A DNA stretch of 39,479 nucleotides from assembly GCA_900321265.1 (NCBI GenBank), contig ONVJ01000122.1, positions 1-39,479 on the forward strand, read 5' to 3'. This stretch comes from an uncultured Eubacteriales bacterium (GTDB taxonomy: Bacteria; Bacillota; Clostridia; Oscillospirales; CAG-272). Of this stretch, positions 35,365 through 39,479 are shown piece by piece. How positions within the stretch are numbered: position 1 is the first letter of the stretch; every line of letters starts with the position of its first letter. A program made the position numbers and the translations under genes. Under the pieces are notes generated by a model. The model had not been told where the DNA came from, did no database searches, and saw only the letters and a list, made by a program, of their open reading frames with translations.

Positions 35365-36347
35365 CTACCGACCTTCAGCTAAACAAGACGGTCAGTGCCC
35401 CCAAGAAGGCAGTAAAAAAGAAAAAGCGCGCTTCTTCCCTCGACAGGAGAAAGGCGCGCGCCGGATGGTGGTTCGTAATGCCCTTCATAATCGGTTTCCT
35501 GACCGTTTATCTTCCGGTAATATTCGATTCCATCAGATACTCGTTCAGCCATATCAAGATCACGTCGGGCGAAGGGTTCATAATTGAAAATGTCGGATGG
35601 GCGAACTACAATGAAGCTCTGTTCGTCAACCCGAACTTCGTACGGACTCTTCTGACCGGTCTTGGAGAACTCGCCTTCGATATCCCCGCCATCATTCTGT
35701 TCTCGCTCTTCATGGCGGTCCTTCTGAACCAGAAGATGGTAGGCCGCGCGCTCTTCCGCGCCATATTCTTCATCCCCGTTATCCTTGCGACAGGTATCAT
35801 GGAGTCGATCGACTCTCAGAACCTCGTCGGTACGATGATGGATGATACCGACGGAATCGCGGACGGCACCGGACAGTCAACGGCGACAGACATTGTTTCG
35901 GCGATCGATATCGAACGATTGTTCGCAAACATGAGAGTCGGAACCGAACTCGTCGAATATGTTGTCGGCGTCGTTAACAAGATCTACAACATAGTAAACC
36001 GCTCGGGCGTTCAGATGCTCATATTCCTTGCCGGACTTCAGTCGATATCGCCCGCCATCTACGAGTCCTGCCAGATCGACGGCGCGACCGCCTGGGAGAC
36101 CTTCTGGAAGATCACCTTCCCTTTTTTTTTTAATGATACGGCGACCACCGAGATCTACACCGTCATCGACTCGTTCACGACAGATTCCAACAGGGTCATG
36201 AAGTTCATTGCGGGTATTTACGTTCAGTCGAACGGACAGGAGGTCAGCTCGGCGATGTCATGGATGTACTTCCTGATAGTCATCGTCATCATAGCGCTGG
36301 TTTCCGCGATCCTCTCGGCCTTCGTATTCTACCAGAGAAGAGACTGA
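35361..36347 (+). CDS. ABC sugar transporter permease, MalF-type (divergent)
   Basis: 328-aa ORF with the EAA loop IYESCQIDGATAWETFWKITFP. It has a basic N-terminal tail. A T10 run lies at 36122-36131 and is in frame. Confidence 0.85.
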   Translation: MTTDLQLNKTVSAPKKAVKKKKRASSLDRRKARAGWWFVMPFIIGFLTVYLPVIFDSIRYSFSHIKITSGEGFIIENVGWANYNEALFVNPNFVRTLLTGLGELAFDIPAIILFSLFMAVLLNQKMVGRALFRAIFFIPVILATGIMESIDSQNLVGTMMDDTDGIADGTGQSTATDIVSAIDIERLFANMRVGTELVEYVVGVVNKIYNIVNRSGVQMLIFLAGLQSISPAIYESCQIDGATAWETFWKITFPFFFNDTATTEIYTVIDSFTTDSNRVMKFIAGIYVQSNGQEVSSAMSWMYFLIVIVIIALVSAILSAFVFYQRRD

Positions 36348-36364
36348 GAAAGGAGGAAGTTAAG

Positions 36365-37492
36365 ATGAATGCACAGGATACCGCTCCGAAAATCATGAAG
36401 GAGTCAAAGAACAAGATCAGAGTCGAGTTCGAACGCACTCCGCTCAAGGAAAGACTCAAGGCGAAATTCATCAATATGGCTTTCGTCACCGACGTCGTTT
36501 GGTACATATTCAGACTCATACTCCTCCTCGGGATCGCGTATATCGTGCTGTTTCCTTTCTACAGCAAGATCGCCGGTTCCTTCATGGGCAGAGACGATTT
36601 CGTCGACGTGACCGTCATGCTCATTCCCAAGAACTTCTCGCTTGACATGTACAAGTTCATAGTTCTTGAGAACCATTATTTCGAGGCCTTCGGCAACACT
36701 CTGCTGCTTGCCGGATCGACTGCACTTATCCAGGTGTTTATCTGCTGCCTTATCGGATACGGACTCGCGAAGTTCAAATTCAAGGGCAACAAGTACGTCT
36801 TCCTGGCCGTCATCCTGACGATGGTCGTGCCTCACCAGACCCTGCAGCTTTCTCTCTTCATGAAGTTCAGATTCTTCGACATATTCGGCATCATCAAGTT
36901 CCTTTCGGGGCACGCGAGAGTCGGAGAGGTCGGATGGATCAACGACATTCTCAAATCGATCAACATTTTCGGCTCAGAGAGCAGCAACAAGCTGATCAAG
37001 GGCATCATAAGCGACGGAGCGCTCAACCTGAACAACTCCTTCATGCCCCTGATCGTGCTCTCGCTCACCGGTCTCGCCTTCAAGAACGGCCTGTATATCT
37101 TTATGCTCCGCCAGTTCTTCCGCGGCGTTCCCGACGAACTTGAGGAGTCGGCGTATATCGACGGATCGGGCGTCTTCAGGACATTCCTGCAGATCATAAT
37201 TCCTCTGTCGGTGCCGATGATGATAACCGTCTTCCTGTTCGCCTTCTCATGGCAGTGGACTGACGACTTCTATACGAGGCTATTCTTTACCACGCATAAG
37301 ACGGTGCTGATGCCGGATATCGTCGCGATCCCGCAAACTCTCGAGACCAGCTACGCCGGACAGAACCTCTACTACTCGGCTATCAGAAACACCTGCGGCA
37401 TCATGATCATCTTCCCGCTGGTCATCATCTACGCCTTCCTCCAGAACTTCCTGGTACAGGGCATAGAGAGATCCGGACTTACCGCCGATTGA
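36365..37492 (+). CDS. ABC sugar transporter permease, MalG-type with an ~80-aa insertion
   Basis: The start is set at MNAQDTAPK (ATG 36365), after an AGGAGGAAG RBS. The EAA loop is LEESAYIDGSGVFRTFLQIIIPLSVP. At 375 aa it is longer than the usual ~280-300 aa. Confidence 0.85.
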   Translation: MNAQDTAPKIMKESKNKIRVEFERTPLKERLKAKFINMAFVTDVVWYIFRLILLLGIAYIVLFPFYSKIAGSFMGRDDFVDVTVMLIPKNFSLDMYKFIVLENHYFEAFGNTLLLAGSTALIQVFICCLIGYGLAKFKFKGNKYVFLAVILTMVVPHQTLQLSLFMKFRFFDIFGIIKFLSGHARVGEVGWINDILKSINIFGSESSNKLIKGIISDGALNLNNSFMPLIVLSLTGLAFKNGLYIFMLRQFFRGVPDELEESAYIDGSGVFRTFLQIIIPLSVPMMITVFLFAFSWQWTDDFYTRLFFTTHKTVLMPDIVAIPQTLETSYAGQNLYYSAIRNTCGIMIIFPLVIIYAFLQNFLVQGIERSGLTAD

Positions 37493-37519
37493 TGAGGCTC
37501 ACCGCTTACAACTGATTAT

Positions 37520-37551
37520 TGCGGCCCCCGCCCTGAAGGACGGGGGCCGCA
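37520..37551 (+). terminator. GC-rich hairpin ending the large operon
   Basis: TGCGGCCCCCG (37520-37530) and CGGGGGCCGCA (37541-37551) are exact complements around a 10-nt loop. No clear T-run follows. Confidence 0.5.
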
Positions 37552-37602
37552 GCATTGTCCGGGAAGAAAGCGGGCATGATTTTTCCGGTATCAAAAAAAG
37601 AC

Positions 37603-37631
37603 TATACAAAAATTTAAAAATATGATATAAT
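37603..37631 (+). promoter_or_regulatory. Extended -10 promoter for rlmB
   Basis: TATACA (37603-37608, a weak -35), a 17-nt spacer ending in TGa, then TATAAT (37626-37631). Confidence 0.45.
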
Positions 37632-37710
37632 ATATACTATGCCAGTATAACCGGGACCGGACCGCCGGTCTTTTGGGAAAAACGGCTGACCGAAAGGCCT
37701 GGGGGCAAGA

Positions 37711-38493
37711 GTGAACAGCAAAAGACCGATCAGAAGAGACCGGGACGCGGAAGAGGTCCCGGAAGGCATAGTGTTCGGCAGAAACGCGGTAAGGGAGCTC
37801 CTCAGATCGGGCAGAGAGATAGACAAGATTCTTGTCAAGCGCGGCGAACGCGACGGATCGCTGCCTGTGATCTGTGCCGAGGCATCTGCGAGAGGGATAC
37901 CCGTCGTCGATACCGAAAAGGAAAAGCTCGACCGTCTCTGCCGCGGCGGAGTACATCAGGGAGTCGCCGCATACGCATCGCAGAAGGAATACTGCGACGT
38001 CGACGATATTCTGAATATCGCCCGGGAACGCGGCGAGCAGCCCTTCATCGTCATACTTGACGGAGTTGAGGATCCTCACAATCTCGGTGCGGTCATAAGG
38101 ACCGCCGAATGCACCGGAGTACACGGCGTCATAATCCCCAAGCGGAGATCCGCCGGACTGACGGCGGTGGTCGCCAAAGCGTCTGCCGGCGCGCTTGAGC
38201 ATATGGCGGTGGCAAGAGTGCCGAATCTGGCTGCGGAGATCGACCGTCTCAAGGAGCAGGGGATCTGGATCTATTCCGCCGAGGCGGGGGGAGAGGATCT
38301 CTATTCCTGCGACCTTGACCGCCCCGCCGCCTTCGTCTTCGGCAGCGAGGGCTCGGGAATATCAAGGCTGATAAAAGAAAAGAGCGATTTTATAGTGTCG
38401 CTTCCGCTTTACGGAAGGATCAATTCGCTCAATGTTTCGGCCGCGGCTGCCGCGGTGCTCTGCGAAGCAGCTCACAAGAGACACGTTAAATGA
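37711..38493 (+). CDS. rlmB: 23S rRNA (guanosine-2'-O)-methyltransferase, TrmH/SpoU family (RlmB-type)
   Basis: 260-aa ORF with a GTG start. The N-terminal SpoU substrate-binding motif is IVFGRNAVRELL. The SPOUT motifs are LDGVEDPHNLGAVIRTA, FVFGSEGSGIS and SLNVSAAAA. Confidence 0.85.
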   Translation: MNSKRPIRRDRDAEEVPEGIVFGRNAVRELLRSGREIDKILVKRGERDGSLPVICAEASARGIPVVDTEKEKLDRLCRGGVHQGVAAYASQKEYCDVDDILNIARERGEQPFIVILDGVEDPHNLGAVIRTAECTGVHGVIIPKRRSAGLTAVVAKASAGALEHMAVARVPNLAAEIDRLKEQGIWIYSAEAGGEDLYSCDLDRPAAFVFGSEGSGISRLIKEKSDFIVSLPLYGRINSLNVSAAAAAVLCEAAHKRHVK

Positions 38494-38541
38494 AGAAAAA
38501 GACACATACGGGCATAATGCCCGGGAAAGGTGCATAAATAA

Positions 38542-39479
38542 ATGGCTGACAACGAGTCCTTATCCTCGATCATAGAAAAACTGAAAAAACGCCGTGCTGC
38601 GTCAGAAGAGGAGACTCCCTCCGGCCCCGCTCAGGAATCCGCTCCCGAAGCTGCGCAAGCCGCTTCCGCAGCTGCGGAGGGTGAAGCTCCGGCCGGCGGC
38701 GAAGATGCCGCGAAGGAGAGCGCCCCGGCTGAGGCGGAGGCTGTCGCGGATTCAGCGGAGGAGACCGGCAAAGATGCCGGACTCTCGGCCGACGACCTCT
38801 TCGACGGTTCTGAAAGCGGACATCAGAGCATAGTGGACGACGATCTCTTTGCGTCTCTGGTCAGCGATCTGAGAGAAGAGTTCGGTGTATCTCCCGACGA
38901 GGCATCCGCCGAAGCGCCCGATCTTAATGCCTTTATGGCTTCGGATTCGGCAGACGCGGAAGCCGTGGATACCGACGGTGCGGGGGACCTGACCGAGGCC
39001 GACGGCAAAGAGGAGCTTATATCGTCAATAATGAACGATCTTGCCCTCAATACCGAATCGGCGCCGGAGGACGGCACCGAAGCCGAAGCCGGAGATACCG
39101 TCTTTGCGGAAAGCGCAGATGAAGCGGTCGGCACCGGTATCGGGGAAGGATCCTTCGGAATTGCTTCGGGTGAGGAGGAGGTTTCTTCGGGTTCCGACTT
39201 TTCCGCAAAAGAAGCGGGGGATGATGTGAGCTCCGGGACTTCGGAGTCTGATGAGACCGCAGGCGAGGAGCCTGCCCGCGCGGATGGACAGCTTTCGGAC
39301 GACATGCTGCTTGCCGCCTTCGGATACGCGGATACATCCCGCGGAACGGGGGACACTGCAACCCCTCAGGCGCAGAAGCCAGCTCCTTCCCGCACCCCCT
39401 CAAGTCTTCAGAGACACAAGGCCGGGTCTGTCGACAGCAATCTCGATCTTGCCTTCGGATATGACGGAAAAGAATATAA
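38542..39479 (+). CDS. Acidic low-complexity protein, 3'-truncated by the window end
   Basis: This ORF is not in the supplied track, probably because it has no stop codon. I translated it by hand from ATG 38542 as MADNESLSSIIEKLKKRRAASEEE... and found no in-frame stop up to 39477. It is rich in D/E/A/S/G. AFGY occurs twice near the end. The overlapping listed ORFs look like alternative-frame shadows. Confidence 0.55.
   Translation, partial: MADNESLSSIIEKLKKRRAASEEETPSGPAQESAPEAAQAASAAAEGEAPAGGEDAAKESAPAEAEAVADSAEETGKDAGLSADDLFDGSESGHQSIVDDDLFASLVSDLREEFGVSPDEASAEAPDLNAFMASDSADAEAVDTDGAGDLTEADGKEELISSIMNDLALNTESAPEDGTEAEAGDTVFAESADEAVGTGIGEGSFGIASGEEEVSSGSDFSAKEAGDDVSSGTSESDETAGEEPARADGQLSDDMLLAAFGYADTSRGTGDTATPQAQKPAPSRTPSSLQRHKAGSVDSNLDLAFGYDGKEY

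Noticed and set aside
1-39479. CRISPR arrays, tRNA or rRNA genes, transposases, integrases, and phage or defence-system genes
   Set aside because: I found no regularly spaced direct repeats, no cloverleaf-like or rRNA-like conserved stretches, and no ORF with DDE, tyrosine- or serine-recombinase or nuclease/ATPase defence signatures. Every long ORF is accounted for by the features listed.

Overview
This 39.5-kb window comes from a moderately high-GC, Firmicutes/Clostridia-type chromosome. That origin is inferred from rny, murA, ROK glucokinase, plsY and rlmB housekeeping genes, Shine-Dalgarno RBSs, and TTGACA/TATAAT promoters in AT-rich intergenic islands. There are four blocks. (i) 0.2-10.0 kb, + strand: a seven-gene glycan or sialic-acid-like operon. 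It encodes a GH4 glycosidase, two paralogous lipoprotein SBP-like proteins, an Ig-repeat surface protein with a Cys-rich module, a cytoplasmic BNR/Asp-box propeller, a NanA-like aldolase and an MBL-fold lipoprotein. It has no permeases. (ii) 10.1-21.2 kb: housekeeping genes (rny, CarD-like, a GT4-CsaB fusion, a lipoprotein, a phosphoribosyltransferase, murA, glcK, plsY, a membrane-anchored hypothetical). (iii) 21.8-37.5 kb, + strand: a tightly packed seven-gene operon. It encodes a 1137-aa CBM-like/solute-binding fusion, an ABC permease pair, an NHL-TPR-Yip1 membrane protein, a 2023-aa secreted giant (a ~930-aa globular domain, a ~970-aa Ala/Glu/Lys/Tyr helical region and a small beta-rich C-terminal domain) and a second, divergent ABC permease pair. 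It has no ATPase and no regulator. This is my best candidate for an undescribed cell-surface capture, processing and import system. (iv) 37.7-39.5 kb: rlmB and a 3'-truncated acidic low-complexity ORF that is missing from the ORF track. I saw no rRNA, tRNA, CRISPR array, transposase or integrase. All family assignments rest on motif recognition by eye and need HMM or BLAST confirmation.
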